Assembly: GCA_951406725.2 (NCBI GenBank)
Contig: OX597822.1
Location: forward strand, 37,634,001-37,698,000
Direction: 5' to 3'
Origin: Octopus vulgaris
Taxonomy: Eukaryota
DNA: 64,000 bases
Shown here: piece by piece, positions 50,186-64,000 of the stretch
How positions within the stretch are numbered: the first letter of the stretch is position 1
Layout: every line of letters begins with the position of its first letter
The notes under the pieces: generated by a model
The model's input: only the letters and a program-made list of their open reading frames with translations
Database searches by the model: none
What the model was told of the DNA's origin: nothing
Translations under genes and position numbers: made by a program

Positions 50186-51747
50186 AGGTAAAAATGTGTG
50201 TGGAATATTCAGTTACATGCACACACTGAGTGGCAGACTAATTATGTTTGAATATTATATTAATTACATACAAGTGTATGTGGAATACTCAGCCAAGTAC
50301 ACACTTTCATGCTAATTCTGTTTGATCAACATCATTTATCAATATTTTAAGTGTGCTTTTTCAGATTTCCATGCTGGTATGTCTTAAATGTGTTGCCATA
50401 GACTGGGTTGGTTCTTATTCTGAATAACTGCTCTCCCAGAAAGGTTGCACACCAGGACATCATCATCATCGTTTTAATGAACACTTTTCCATATTCATAT
50501 GGGTTGGGTGGAATTTACTGAGGTGTATTTTCCAAGTTTGGATTCCATTTCTGTTACCAGCTCTCACCTGTTTCCAAGTAAGGTAATATTTCCCCATGAT
50601 TGGACATGTTTTTATGGAAGATTAGAAATTAAGGACACTGTTGCATAACAATCATGTGATGTTTAGACAAGAACACACACACAGCAGGCTTCTTTCAGTT
50701 TCTGCCTACCAAATCTACACATAAGGCTTTAGTTGACCTGGGGTTTATAGTAGAAGATAATTGCTCAAAGTAGCAAATGGTAGGATTGAATCTCATGTTT
50801 CCCAGCTCAGGATCACAGCCTACCAAACTGCCATTAAAGGCATTAACACCTATGCGAATATGGTTCAACCAATTAGTATTGATTGACTTATTACTGCTGA
50901 TGTGGTGAACTTCAAGGGAAGTGTGTGAATTTTCCTACTAAACAGCTTGATCAAAGTTCTAGAAACTTCGTTACAGTTATAAAAAGCTGGTGAATTCAAC
51001 CCCAGACCAGAGCCATCGAGCAGTTCACATAAAGCTGAGATGGTCTCTTGCCCATTTCTGCCTTTTCTTATTTAACATGCCTGTGTTGGGTTCAACAAAA
51101 AACTTGGTCTTAGATTTGTAATGTTGAATCATACATATACACACGTTATTGGCATATAGTAGTTGCAAACTCTCTTTATTCATTCCATCTTCAATAGCTT
51201 ATAAACTACTTTCATTATATTATTTAGCGTATTGTATAACAGAAAACTTTTAACTATTCCATGAACGTTGTTTCATTAAATCAAATATTTGAACAGATGT
51301 AAATATAAACTTTTTGCATTAATAAATATATGTCTGAAAAAGCCAAACAAAATTTAGTGTGGTCATTTTCGTTTTCACGCGTAGCTTATCTAATATTGCG
51401 TGCAATCAACGACGAATTAATAGCGAAAGACCAGCTAAATAGGTAGCTACAGAACACTCAGTCATTTAACAGTGTCAACTGATTCCACTTCAGGGTTCAC
51501 GAGTGTAGACTACTGAATCGGTGGGTGTCACAATGATTCTATTTGAGGATTACAATAAGGTTTCTATTATGTGTATGGAGTATTCAGCTATTTGCACTTG
51601 TCGTACAATGAATAGTTCCATTGATGTGAACTCCTGTCAATGAAAGTGAAACCATTTTCGCCAGGCGGAGCAAGTCCTCCGCTTAAAGTGGCCACTTTAC
51701 CGATGACGAATCAAACTACATCCTTCCAATACTGAAACAGATATTTG

Positions 51748-51837
51748 GGTGGAGGTAAAGAATACGCAACAACCCGTTTTCGGCCTAACAAAAACCTTAA
51801 CCCTAAAAACCGGGTTCGCGTATTCTTTACCTTCGCC
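51748..51837. mobile_element. 90-bp MITE with 9-bp TSD
   Basis: TIR GG(T/C)G(G/A)AGGTAAAGAATACGC; TSD AGATATTTG at 51739-51747 and 51838-51846. Confidence 0.8.
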
Positions 51838-52659
51838 AGATATTTGTTTCTTGGGTCGTATATCTTTTAACAGAAGACATTCTACCTACATTATTATTCT
51901 TGATTAAAAACATAAAATCCAACACTAGCCAACGGATGACACCATCCCTATAAGGTTGCTCAAACAGTTAGATACACCAACCCTCATGACACAACATCTT
52001 AGAATACGAGAAACAAATGTAGTTCTAGATGTTTCGGAAATGTACTCGCCAGGTAAATGATTATCTGATCATATGTTTGCTCTATTAGGGCTAACCTGGG
52101 GCTAAATAAGAAAACTTTTGAGTAATAATGTGACTGCGTAGAGGTTTTTCTTTTTAGTTAAAACTGCATTTGTGATTGCAAGTATTTTATCTTCCCCTAA
52201 AATATATACCTTTAAGAAGCGAGTGTCTTTCAAATTTTAAAGGTAATTATTCATTCGACAATGAAAATATACCAGTTGTATCCGCCTTGCTCATAGTTAT
52301 TCAGATTGTTTTAGGTTTTACGGTCACGGCCAAGCTGAAGCACTGTCTTCGTTAGTGGCGTAAAGTTTTCTATTTATAATTCCAATCAGATCTAGGATGT
52401 TGTATAAGGGTAGAAAGTTCATGGTCAAAGTGACATTTCTACCTTTGTTTTCACCAACACTGAGTTAGGATGGGCGTTTCAAGGAAAGGAGGGAGAAATT
52501 GTTTCTTTAATAGAGTATATGATATATAGAACAAAAAATAGAGTGAGGAACGATAGATAATTTTCTTACATTAAATTATAAATAATTCACAACTCTCTCT
52601 CTCTCACACACATATATATTTATATGTATACGAAGCCTAATGTGAAAATAAATCTAACT

Positions 52660-53210
52660 TACATTCCACTGACATGCCAAACACCGTGTCAAGGGGTAAC
52701 GGATGATACTGAATCTCATTGGTTAATATTCTTTAAATCTCTTTCTTTCTCTCTCTCTCCACGCGCACAATTATAATTCGCGGTTGACGGCAATTTATTT
52801 AATTAAGTACGCAAAAAATAAATAAAAATTCATAATTCATTAAAATTTACTTACTATTTACATGTATGTATATAAGTATATATATATATGTGTGTGTTTG
52901 TGAGTTTTCTGCATGTGTATATGGGTGAGAAACACGTCTTTTTAAATATTAAAAGCGAACGTCAAATAATTCAAATAAATATTAATTCCTAATATTTTGC
53001 TAAATTTTATTTTTTAACATTTATTTCGAAAGGTTCCGACATTTTTCTCTTTTTTTTTTAAATAATATAAATGATCAATTACCAAGCAGGAAGTTGAAGT
53101 GTATAAGCACGTGCAGCAGTGACTATTCCGCACATGGTATCACATTAGTTAAGAGAAAAATGGCGAATACAGAAGGGTAAGTATGAGGTCTACCGGGCTT
53201 CCGAAGCAAA
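52660..53210. promoter_or_regulatory. Candidate bidirectional promoter (DUSP19 5'UTR on minus, unknown gene on plus)
   Basis: CpG enrichment; GGAAGT/TTCCG ETS-like motifs; CACGTG E-box at 53108; YY1-like AAAATGGCG; candidate minus-strand donors at about 52662, 52853 and 53082. Confidence 0.45.
53160..53176 (+). CDS. Putative first coding exon of an unidentified divergent gene (MANTEG...)
   Basis: aaaaATGGCG start context followed by a consensus donor GG|GTAAGT in a locally CpG-richer, repeat-poor island; no downstream exon confidently identified. Confidence 0.5.
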
Positions 53211-53725
53211 CTTTATTTTTTTTATTTATTCACACTTTTTGTCCGCCCTGAAGTTTCACTGAATAGTTTCGCAAGTGTCGTTTTTTGTCGATATAGTGAA
53301 CATATTATTAATTTAATTGTGGGTTTTCGCCAAATTAAAGCCGTTTTTTTTTACCCTCTGCCGATTCAAGACGCTTCTGTGCTGCGTCTTTTTTTTTTTT
53401 CAAATGCCACCATAGAACATTCTAGTATCTATATGTCTCTATTGTATAGATATACTACCGCTCAATGTTCACTATATTTATACATCCATATATGTATAAA
53501 TATAAAATATATTACAGATATGCATAAATATAATATATATATACATATTATATACGTCTTTGTATAATATATATTTATGCATATACAATATATGTGCAAT
53601 ATATATTTGCATGTATTGTTTGTAATATTTTATAGATATTTTTAAATATACATATAGGGAATATATGCATGTTAAAGAAATACCTTTATGTATGTAATGC
53701 ATATATGTATATTTTATAATACATG

Positions 53726-53762
<37 letters not shown>

Positions 53763-54237
53763 GAAATATATCGTATAATGCATGTGTGGATGTATAAACA
53801 TGGGTCTCTGAATATGCATATAAATTAATAAGTATAATTTAATTTATATATACATGATAATCACATACTGTATATTATGTGTATGTATATAATATATGAA
53901 ATCCGTTTGTGTGTATAGATTTATCTTTTGGAAGTCCTAAGTCCACATATAAGTATTCATTTTTATTTTACCTCCGTAATTTGGGGGGGAAAACGAGGGG
54001 AGCCTCCACGCGGTGAGTTGACTGCTAGCAATAGCAGCCATATGTCTAAAATCTCACCTTGTCGTCTTAAAACTATAAATAGCATTTCGGATAATGTCTC
54101 TAAGATAGTGAAACAGATAAGATGGTCATGGCCGGAGGTTTTTTTTGTTCAATTTTGGATTGAATTGAAGCTGATCAAGAACTAAACCAGAACCGAACCC
54201 AATTAAAAGAAAAATTTACCAAAATTTTAAAGTTGTG

Positions 54238-54280
<43 letters not shown>

Positions 54281-54394
54281 TATTTATTTTTACACACACG
54301 CGGGTGTGTATGTACATACACACATATAATATATAATCGAAGTTTCTACCATACTATCCCATTTAGATTTACTTCGCTGAAGATCTTTCACCTA

Positions 54395-54442
<48 letters not shown>

Positions 54443-56235
54443 AGTATATTTTTCATTTTAACGTTGACTTTTCCATGCTTGCATGGGATGGATGTAGATT
54501 TTTGAGGCATTTTTTCTAGTCACCTGTTTCCATCCAGGATGATAAATCCACATGGCCGGACAAGTTTTTGCAGGATATCAGAAATGAATGACACTGCTTG
54601 TATGACCGACATCCATTGGCAAGGGGACACGCGCATTTTATATACATTATATATATACATTGCTTGTTTCTGTTTCCGTCTACCAAATCCACTAAAGCAT
54701 AGGTCAACCCCGGGCTGCTATTGTAGGAGACACTTTGCCCAAGGTGCCACGTTGTGGAACCGAACCCGAAACCATGTGGTCGGGGTGCAAGCTTAACCGC
54801 ACAACTATGTATGCGCCTAGCAGTCTAATCTCTATGAATTGACACCCTCGACTTTTTTCATAATAATTACTTTAAAATTGCATTACACGAATATGTAAAT
54901 TAGGTACCGGTTTTTCTGTGTATTCGGCCCACATTTTGTTTTCTAAAATCTTTATATTTGGGATTGAGCGTTCAAAACATTTCTCGTTACTTTAAAATTG
55001 ACTACGGGTACTACTTTTTACTGTTAATACGCGAGACTTAATGATATTACCCTTGTTTTAGGTGCCCCCCTTCGCCACCAATCGCGAAGCACAGGGACTA
55101 AATAAGTTCGTCATATTTCAATCGCTCGTAATGTTTCTAATGATAGCAGATCACAAATATTTAGGAGGGATGGATAATCTGCCGATGATGTATTTATTGT
55201 CGAACCCGGAAGTGGAAATATTTGAATTTTGAAATTGGTAGTTAGCTGTTTAATCGCGGTACCTTAGCAGAGAGGATACCTAGGTGACTGAATGTCATTC
55301 CTTTGTATTACTTGTATTGATTCCGGAACGATGAAAAGCAAGGAAATTGCTGATCTTTGAAAGAAATTAATTTTTTAGTCAAAGACGCTGTACCGTGGTG
55401 GTGGTAGTGGTGTTTTTCTGTTACTGGATAATGAAAGAGATTTGAACTCTGATATTCTCATTTAAATATGAATAGGTAAATTCGGGCGTCATTGGTAACT
55501 ATATATAAGTGTCGTCTGTTTATAAGTTTTAAATGCGTATCATTTCATGAAATTTTGCATAGTAACGTTTCCGATGTTGTAGATTACGCGTATGTTGATA
55601 ACATACGATATTTCTTTTCGGACGAGTTTCCGGTCATTCTCCACTATATTTGTTTCTTTATAACCCATTTAAACTGTTTTGAAATGACATTTTGCAGAAA
55701 TACGTTTTCCAGAGTGTAAGCTGCGTTATGTTGATGTTTCAAATATGTATCTGTTAAAAAAATGAAAAAAATAACTTTGCTTGGCTATTGGTGTTGGGCA
55801 GGCAAGAGCATCAATATAAATAGTAATCTATATCCTCGAAAATGTATCGATACAATAGTTCAGGAAAAGACGTACATTTTTTGACAGTTATGAGGAAACA
55901 AAGTCGGAGGTGGGGGTAATACCTTATTTGTAGTTGGTGTGTCTTAATACTTATAGCTTTGGATAAAAAATTTTTTGAAAATCGCAGTTATATAATGTTT
56001 TGAATACTCATTATTTTGTATGGGTGGGTACTGTGCTATAGGCAACATATATTTTAGAATTAGGGTGGTGATGAAAAGGTGACAATGAAGTGGCTGTGTG
56101 GTAAGCAGCTTGCTTACCGACCCCATGGTTCAAGGTTCAGTCATACTACGTGGCACCTTGGGCAAGTGTCTTCTATTATACTCAGGCCGACCAAAGCCTT
56201 GTGAGTGTATTTGGTAGATGGAATCTGAAAGCCCG

Positions 56236-56278
<43 letters not shown>

Positions 56279-57261
56279 CGTGTATATGTTGTGTATCTGT
56301 GTTTGTCCCTGTAACTTAGCGGTTTGGCAAAGGAGACCGATAGAATAAGTACTAGGCTTACAAAAAATAAGTCCTGGGGTCAATTTGATTCGACTAAAGG
56401 CAGTGCTCCAGCATGGTCGCAGTCAAATGACTGAAACAAGTAAAAGAAAAATGTAGAAATTAATCTTTGTCTGCCCAGCTGTCCCTGCAAAACAGCTTTT
56501 GTTACCCTACTATTATTCAATGTCATATTAAAATTGATTTTACTGCTTTTTCTAGCAGATCGAGGAACAAGTAGAGCAGGGGAACCATTTATCTGCATTC
56601 AAATTTTAAATCCTTTCATAACTAAGTTGTTTAAAAACACCACAAAAATGGAAAAAAGAACACTTTAATCTTGTGGTTTGCTGACAGGGTTCTGAAAAAG
56701 CTAGTGTCTTATAACTTGCCTGTACTTGCCTTAACAACTCCCATGAACTTTCTCTGAGTTACATTGACTACAAATCAGGCAATGCTTCTCTCACTTGGTC
56801 TGTTTCAACGTATAAGATTTGGGCTAATTGTAATAAATTGTCTAAAATAGCTTTCAGTATCTGTACAAAGCTTCATAAATTAACCTTCACTGTTGTATGG
56901 TAGGACGAATGGGTTCTCAATATTTATTTCTAATCTAGGCACAAGGCAGCATTTTTGAAGGGAGTGGGTGGTTAGTCAATATCATTGACTCCAGTACTTG
57001 ATTGGTACTTTGATAAATCTCGGGATGATAAATTGACTTTGATAGGGTTTGAACTCAATATAAAGAGCTGGAAGCAATGCTACAAAGCACTTTGTCTGAC
57101 ACTCTCTTTTTCATACTGTGGGATTGAGATATTTTGGAATACTTCATTTTTCAATATTTGAATTGTTGGAACGGTGGGGAAGGTATACAAGTTTAAGTTT
57201 CCTGTGGGAACAACTATATGCTGATGACCACCTTCTTATCACTGAATCTAATAGAAAAGAA

Positions 57262-57796
57262 GGTACTTTTTGGTTATCTCACTCCCATTTAAGAATTGGG
57301 TTACCTCCCCACTAAAACATCAAGTTAATGTGGCAACGAGATTGGATTAAAAGGGATCCTTTTGATTCAGTATTTCAACATGTTGACATTTTGCCTCTTC
57401 AATAGGCATGGTATAATTTTTTATAAAAATGTTATTAAATTCAATAAGATGTTTAATTTTTTCAGTTTTCGTGTTTATTAATCTTTCTAGTTTTCATGTT
57501 TATCAATATTTCCCGAAAAACGTAGGGAGATAATCCAATAGTTTAATGGGGTTGAGGTAACCAAAAAGGGTACTACTTAAGAAGAATGGTCCTGGCACGC
57601 ACATCCGCGCTAGCTAGTCATAACTAGTCGATCCTAAAACGACTACCTAGCAAAATAAATAAAACACAAAATAGTTTTTTTTAAAACACAAACACAAAGT
57701 AAGGATTGACTAGTCACGACTAGCCAGTGCAGATGCACAAGCATGCGAGTGTGTGCACCGGGACCATTCTTCTTAAGTAGTACCCCAAAAAGTACC
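57262..57796. mobile_element. Merlin-like MITE A (outer)
   Basis: TIR GGTACTTTTTGGTTA(T/C)CTCA; 8-bp TSD GAAAAGAA/AAAAAGAA (7/8); right TIR split by MITE B. Confidence 0.72.
57569..57784. mobile_element. Merlin-like MITE B (inner)
   Basis: Perfect 24-bp TIR GGTACTACTTAAGAAGAATGGTCC; perfect 8-bp TSD CCAAAAAG (57561-57568, 57785-57792). Confidence 0.82.
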
Positions 57797-60700
57797 AAAA
57801 AGAATTCCTTTGTATGAGAAGCAAAATGTAGAGTTAAAGGGCTTTAAAGTTAACTTAGCGAAGACCAAAATTCTAGTAATCAGGAAAATAAACAGGACTG
57901 GTTCCTTCAGGAGAATGGCCTTGCTCAATATGTAGAAAAGGTTTAGGTAGAAATTTTTACCTAAGTGATTGAATAATGGAGAAGTATTTTCTGAAAATAT
58001 AGTTGCTAACATAAGAATGGGCTGCAAGGCAAAGTATGAGGCCTGTGTATACACTGTAGTGCTACATTGATGTGAGATATGGGCCCTGAATGCAAAGGGC
58101 TTGTGAAAATGAGAAAGAAATGAATCTAGCATGCGCCACTGGATGTGTTGTACCAGTGTATATGAATGTTGTAGGGCAAATGAGAAATCAGATGTAGTGT
58201 ACAAAAAAGAAAATTGCATTGGTACAGGCATATATATATGGATGAGTGTTGATTGTTTTATGTGAAAAGAACCTTTGAAAGAGGGAAATGAGACAACCTG
58301 GAACAGAAGTAATGAAGGCTGTTCTCAAGACATTGAGCCTCATACAGAAGGCATCAAAGAACAGAGATGATTTGGGGATTTGTAGTGTTGGACAGGTCTT
58401 ATCTCTTTCATTACTGCATTTATTTTGAGATGCTTTTTGTTTCTTTCAATTACTTTAAATATAACAAAGGATTTACTAAAATAACTTAGTTATTGTTCAG
58501 CTAGGTTTAGTGGAAGATGTTGATTCAAAACTTATGAAAACAAGACATATGTACTCAGAGCAAGAGCCGGGTTGGTAACGAAAGTGTTAAGCACAGCAAA
58601 ACTGTGGTCCTAAAAGCATTATGTTTACGTGTATACATACATCTGGTCCCATACCTGAGTTGTCCCTGTCAAGCCCATCACTCATCTAATTAAATGAGAA
58701 CAGAACTATGTATTCATCCTTTTTCTATGCTGTTTAGAATCACTTTCCTTTGATATTTGTCTCTTCTCACTTTTATTTCTCATTGATCTCCCTTTCTGTA
58801 CCACCAGTTATCTTTCTGTCTCTCATCTCTCCTTAACTATGTCCTATTGATAATCATATTTCATTCTTGACACGTGTATCTGCCATTGGCAACCTCCACC
58901 TTTTGCTATTCATTGTATTCACTTCGACCTCCTCCATCCTTGTTACTGTACATCTCATTTGCTCTCTTCCTGCTATACTCTGGTAATCTTTATACCCTAC
59001 CTGTCATATCTGCAGTTTTCCTGCTACTCATCACTTCCCTACTGAATGTATATTTCTTCCCCTTTAACTCGTTTACCATTGACCATGAATCTACTTTACC
59101 ATTTTCTATGTTCATCTCTACCCCATTGCTAACCATCTGTTACTCCCCTTCCACACTGTTGCAAACTTTACCCACCCAGCCTTTTTGATCTTACCTCATT
59201 CTCTCTTCTACCTTTCATCTACTTTAAGGGTATGCCCAAACATCTGTCACCACCATCTTCATCTCTCTTCCAAGCTATTCCCATCCACCTTTAATATAAT
59301 GCAGTGCAGGGAGGGTAGCCATGTATCTCCCATAGCAACAAACCTATTGTTTTTATATCACACTTTAACATCTAGTATAAAGTTGCCTCCCTTTCAAACA
59401 AGGGGACTCTTTTTAGTCTTGTGAGTTACATTGTGATCTCATTTGTGCTGGTCCCATGGAAAAAGTACCTAATACATTGAAAGGTGGTTGGTGTTGAGAA
59501 GGGTATCCAGTGTTGAGAGGCCATGCCAAAGTAGCATTGGAACTCATTGCAGTCCCTTGAGTTATTGGAAACTGTCCAACCCATACCAGCACAGAAGATG
59601 AATTTTAACTGATGCCAGTGATTTATATAGTCTGTTAGGGTATGGTGATTTTGGTGATATAATTTTTTTAATGGAAAAATTGAGTGAAGTGTTTGGCTTG
59701 GGGTTATATAGAAGATTGGTGAGGAATTGAAACGGTTTATCTCCTAAGTATTCGGAATTTTCTGTCAAATGTAAAGATTATTTTACATTGTTTTGAATAA
59801 ATAGGCATTATCTTGTAACTTTGAGTTCAATTATGTGATTTTCATTTTTAGAATGGCATTGTAGGGTAGGTGTGAGAGATCAAATCTGGCTTGTTTGAAC
59901 ATAAAACAAACTATCTGGGCTGGATATGGCCAGTTGAAATGTTAAATTGGGATGGATGTTAGTAAGTTTGAAATTGCTTATAAGGTGGGTTTGTCTGCAG
60001 TCAGCTATGGTGGTTGTAGCATGTTTTATGGGCTTACTGATTTTTATTGTTGCTAGGAGGAAAAGCAAAGGCAACTTAGGTGAGATTTGAACTCAGACAT
60101 AATGAAATCCAGAAGATTTTGACTGGTGTCCAAGTTGCTGCACAATAAGATCAAAATTGGGAGCACATGATTATCACGTGAACTTGTAAACCCCATGGCT
60201 ATGCCTACACTCATGTCTTCAAGAATTTCATTGTTCTTGTTTTGTACATTTCTCCCAACCATGTGAACATTGGTGGGATGATTCTACAGATATTATTTGG
60301 GCTTTTCTGAAGCAATTCTTGTTGGTAAATATCTTTAAAATTATTTGTACTTTAGAGAAATGAAAAGCAGTGGGGCTGTTTTTAAACAACTGACTACATG
60401 GCCATAATTTCATCTCCAAACACTTGTGTCCATTAGCAAGGCATCTAACTCCTGGTTTGCCTGAACAAAATACTAGTTGATGGATAAATTGATGTAAAAT
60501 AGGTGAGGTGTGAGGAATACAGTTTAGAAAATGCTTTATTGTTACTAAAATTGGTACTGGTCGAGTTATTGGTCAACATGCAGCACCTGATTTTATGCAT
60601 CTGAAATTTTATTGCTGATAGTGCCAGTTGAAAATGCATATATTTATGTCCCTTTGTGTTTAAATCTGGAGTTTATCAAGTTCCCTTTAAGATTGAGGTG

Positions 60701-62408
60701 AGAAGTAATATAGTTACTTAAAATTTATAGCTTATCTTAAACATAATTTTTTCCTGTGCCAACACGGGATATATTTTTTCAAATTTGTTGGACCAAATTG
60801 ATTTTTCAATTGAATGCTTTTGCTGCTGTTCACTAATAAGTAGGACAAGCCTGTTGTAATTCAAGGAAGCACTAATGCTCCTTGTGGTAAATTGCTTGTG
60901 GCTTGATCATGAAGTTAGTAGTAGTTTGTTACATGTGATGCAATAGTTTACGGATTCAGTTGTCAACGTTCTAATTGGAGTTCAAACTTTTTTACAGCTA
61001 TTGTGTTGAGCTACTGGGCAAGATGCTTAACTGCAATTCTTGCCTCACTTTCTTGACATGGTAACAGGTTTCATTCTTACTTTATGGCCGAGTAATTAGT
61101 AGGGCGTCGATATGTAAAGTCAACTGTGCTAATAACAAAACACTTTGCCATAAAAATAAAATGTAAAATTGTAGAAAGAAATGACCATTTTATGAATAGG
61201 TTAGTAGCGATAACTTAAATAATTATATTGACGTAGAGATGAGGCTTCTAATGTGAAGATAAGTCACCAATGAAGCATGATAAATAAATGCTTGAATAAC
61301 CACTAAAGTATATCATGTATATTAAATATATAGTTATCAAAGTAGCTAGATATACTAAAATGCTGCATTTATAATGCGAGACTATAGCCATAATGTTTAT
61401 GACAATGGGGGAATCCATTTTCTTTATATCATCAACAGTGATGATAATGCAATATTGTTTATCGATAATAAAGAATTAGTTTTTTTTTCTTGCTTTCATT
61501 AGATGATTTTACAGCTTTAATTCTTTTTGTTCAAATTCAACTGAGGTCAGCTTTCTTTCATTCTTTTCATATGGATAAAGAAACTGTCAAGTAGTCAGTT
61601 GGTTCATCTCTCTTTCACACATTTTTGCCTGGAAGAAATAGGTTGAAATCTGGCTCTGAGTGGGCTTGGATAGATGTAAAATAATGATTCAACTTTATAT
61701 CACAACAGCACCCCAAGCGTTGTGTAATTAAGGATGGAAGTAGAATGTGCAACAGTTTATGCTGTCCATTGTATGCATTATTTGTAACTTTTAAAATTTT
61801 TATAGTTATTGTTCTATTTTTAATTGAATTTTAATTTACATGCTAAAAATTTAATCAGTTGGTTTAATGGATGCTAAATGGTTTTTAAAATTGAGTAAAA
61901 TTTCAACCTTTTTGTTACCATATTTCTGTCGAAATGCACTGCTTTTGTTTGTTAGTTTTGAAAATGATGAAGAATTTCATAAAATTTCTCTGAAACTGGT
62001 GTTTGGAAAGTTTTTGTTCACTTTGAAAGAGGAAGCTTGTATTATTGAACAAAGGGTAGTTTTAAGTGGGTTTGCATTCAGGATTAAGAAGGCAAAGTCA
62101 GTCTGCTACAGGTAACTTATCCATGTGAGCAGAGTTCAGTCAAATGTTTAGCAATATGATTAGACATGTCAGTATTGACAACTGCCTTATAGTTGTGGCC
62201 TTTGTATTGTTGCACCGTCTTGAAAGATATAATATCTATGTATGTAATGTATATAGTAAACTGTTGATAATAGGACAAGCCTTTGACCTAGTTTCTTGTT
62301 ATACATTGTACTGTTACAGAAAATAACACCACTCTTGGGAGAAGCACCAGTGTCAGAATTTCCATTTTTACTTTTAATGAATACACACACTATGGATGTA
62401 TCTAGAAA

Positions 62409-62468
<60 letters not shown>

Positions 62469-64000
62469 GTATGCACTTGATAGATATATCAGCTTCCTAT
62501 TTCTCATCTATCTATGGTTTTATTTTGCTGTTGCTCTCTCCTCTCCCTTTTATTCTGTCACATCTTCCCTTTGACACAATTTTATTTCCCTCACTTTCCC
62601 CCAAATTAATTCACCGGTGACCATAATTCCACATGCCTTTTGCTATTCATTGAATTCACCTCTATCCGCATCTCTAACCATTTGTCACTCCTTTCACACT
62701 CCATAAATTTACCTACCCATCTTTTCTAATCCTCTGTCTGTATTGTCTTAAAATCTTTTCCTTGTATATCTTGAGTATGCCTTGATGCATTTTCATTACT
62801 ATCTCTTATCTTTGTTTCCAACTGGAATAGCCTTGTTTCTCTGCAGCAAAACACCTGTTCCTGTCCTATCATACTTTAACCTCTCAACATCTAGCATAAT
62901 CTAGCTCCAATACTACACCGCCACTCAATTGAGGAGTTTTGTCTTCAAAAGTTTCTTGGTACCAATACTATGAGAAAGAAAAGCATTCAGTACACTATAA
63001 AATAGGTGTTAGGAAGGGCATCCAGGTGTAGAAAGCATTTCAAAGCAGACATTGGAGCTTGATCTGGTCCCCTAGCTTACCCCTCATAGTAATCTTCTTG
63101 TCCCCTAGCATGAAACTGCCCCTCACCCCGGTTTGTACTCCTTAGAACGGCATGGCAACCTCAACAGTGCAGGCAGCATGATAAAAGACCCATTCCATGC
63201 TGTAAAGTTGGCATTAGGAAGGGCATTCAGCTGTAAAAGCCATTCCAAAACAAACATTGGAGCTTGATAGCTCTTCTATTGGACCTGTCTAATCATTAAA
63301 ACATTGATTTAATTATGAACATAGAAAGAAATTATACATTAATCCCTATTTTGTAAGCAGTTGTATTCGTAAAAATTTTATTTGCAGAGAGCAGAAATTG
63401 AGAGATATATGAAATGGATGTGTGTGTATGTGAGAGAGGAGACAGCATAGCGAAAGTTTTAGCTGACTGTCATACCGTACCCCCCCTTGTTGCTAGCAAA
63501 ATGGTATATGCCTGCTGTGTGAGCAACTGGTTGTTTTAATGGTGGAACAAACGGGAATTCCATTAGAAAAAGTTTTAATTGATTTTCTCGGTAAGTATGG
63601 GAGCTAGGAAAAAATACAAGCGGCATTCCAATCTATGCACCCGTCTGCACGTGTGCCATTTTTCACACAAATCCACCCAGCTGTTTGGCTGTGAACCTCA
63701 AGACAAGAAAGAATGCAACGATTGCCCATGTCCAATTTATATTATAGATATGTGTATCAGCTCCTTTTTCTGAGTATTTCTCTCTTTTTTATAGTTCCTC
63801 ATTTATGTTGGTGCCCCTGATTGGCAAGGCTGGTTTTTGCAGGAAACAATTGTCACATTCGATGTTTGGTGGTGGTCTTGGTTGTAGTTGGCTGGTCTCT
63901 TGTCATAGCTGTTTGCCTTCTTCATGTCTTCAATGTTCTTTAACCCTTTCGTTACTATATTTCTGACCAAAATACACCCCTCATGAGTTTCAATTAAATT

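Larger units (their letters stand above)
57190..58380 (+). mobile_element. Decayed RTE LINE fragment interrupted by nested MITEs
   Basis: WEQLYADD before 57262; resumes after 57804 with KGFKVNLAKTK. Confidence 0.7.

Noticed and set aside
62320-62405. Possible second exon of the plus-strand gene after ...TGTTACAG
   Set aside because: It has no clear donor, runs into a (TA)n tract and shows no recognisable protein motif.

Overview
AT-rich eukaryotic genomic DNA dense in microsatellites, SINEs and transposon relics. The repeat families suggest a coleoid cephalopod, probably Octopus; this is inferred from repeat sequences, not proven. Two spliced genes can be built by hand on the minus strand. 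RBM45 has 7 coding exons from 24396 down to 363, all GT-AG and phase-consistent, and continues off the left edge. DUSP19 has 2 coding exons (43998-43770, 34182-33788; 207 aa; intact HCNAGISR P-loop). A probable third gene starts divergently on the plus strand at about 53160, but only a 17-nt coding first exon is visible. Most listed ORFs are microsatellite or SINE artefacts. Introns and intergenic DNA contain Tc1/mariner pseudogenes, RTE LINE fragments, a Gypsy remnant, a non-autonomous Helitron, hAT-, piggyBac- and Merlin-like MITEs, and several Penelope-like relics with minimal hammerhead ribozyme motifs. The best candidates for follow-up are: (1) a rearranged, decayed coding mosaic at about 27.4-29.4 kb with motifs resembling a negative-strand RNA virus L polymerase, a possible endogenous viral element; (2) a ~420-bp palindrome in RBM45 intron 2 with a hammerhead on each strand; (3) a candidate RBM45 poison exon whose 5' splice site sits in a hairpin with A·C mismatches, a possible ADAR substrate; (4) inverted RTE LINEs flanking the DUSP19 start-codon exon; (5) a LINE/MITE/MITE triple nest with readable target-site duplications. 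All family assignments come from motif recognition and no database searches were run.
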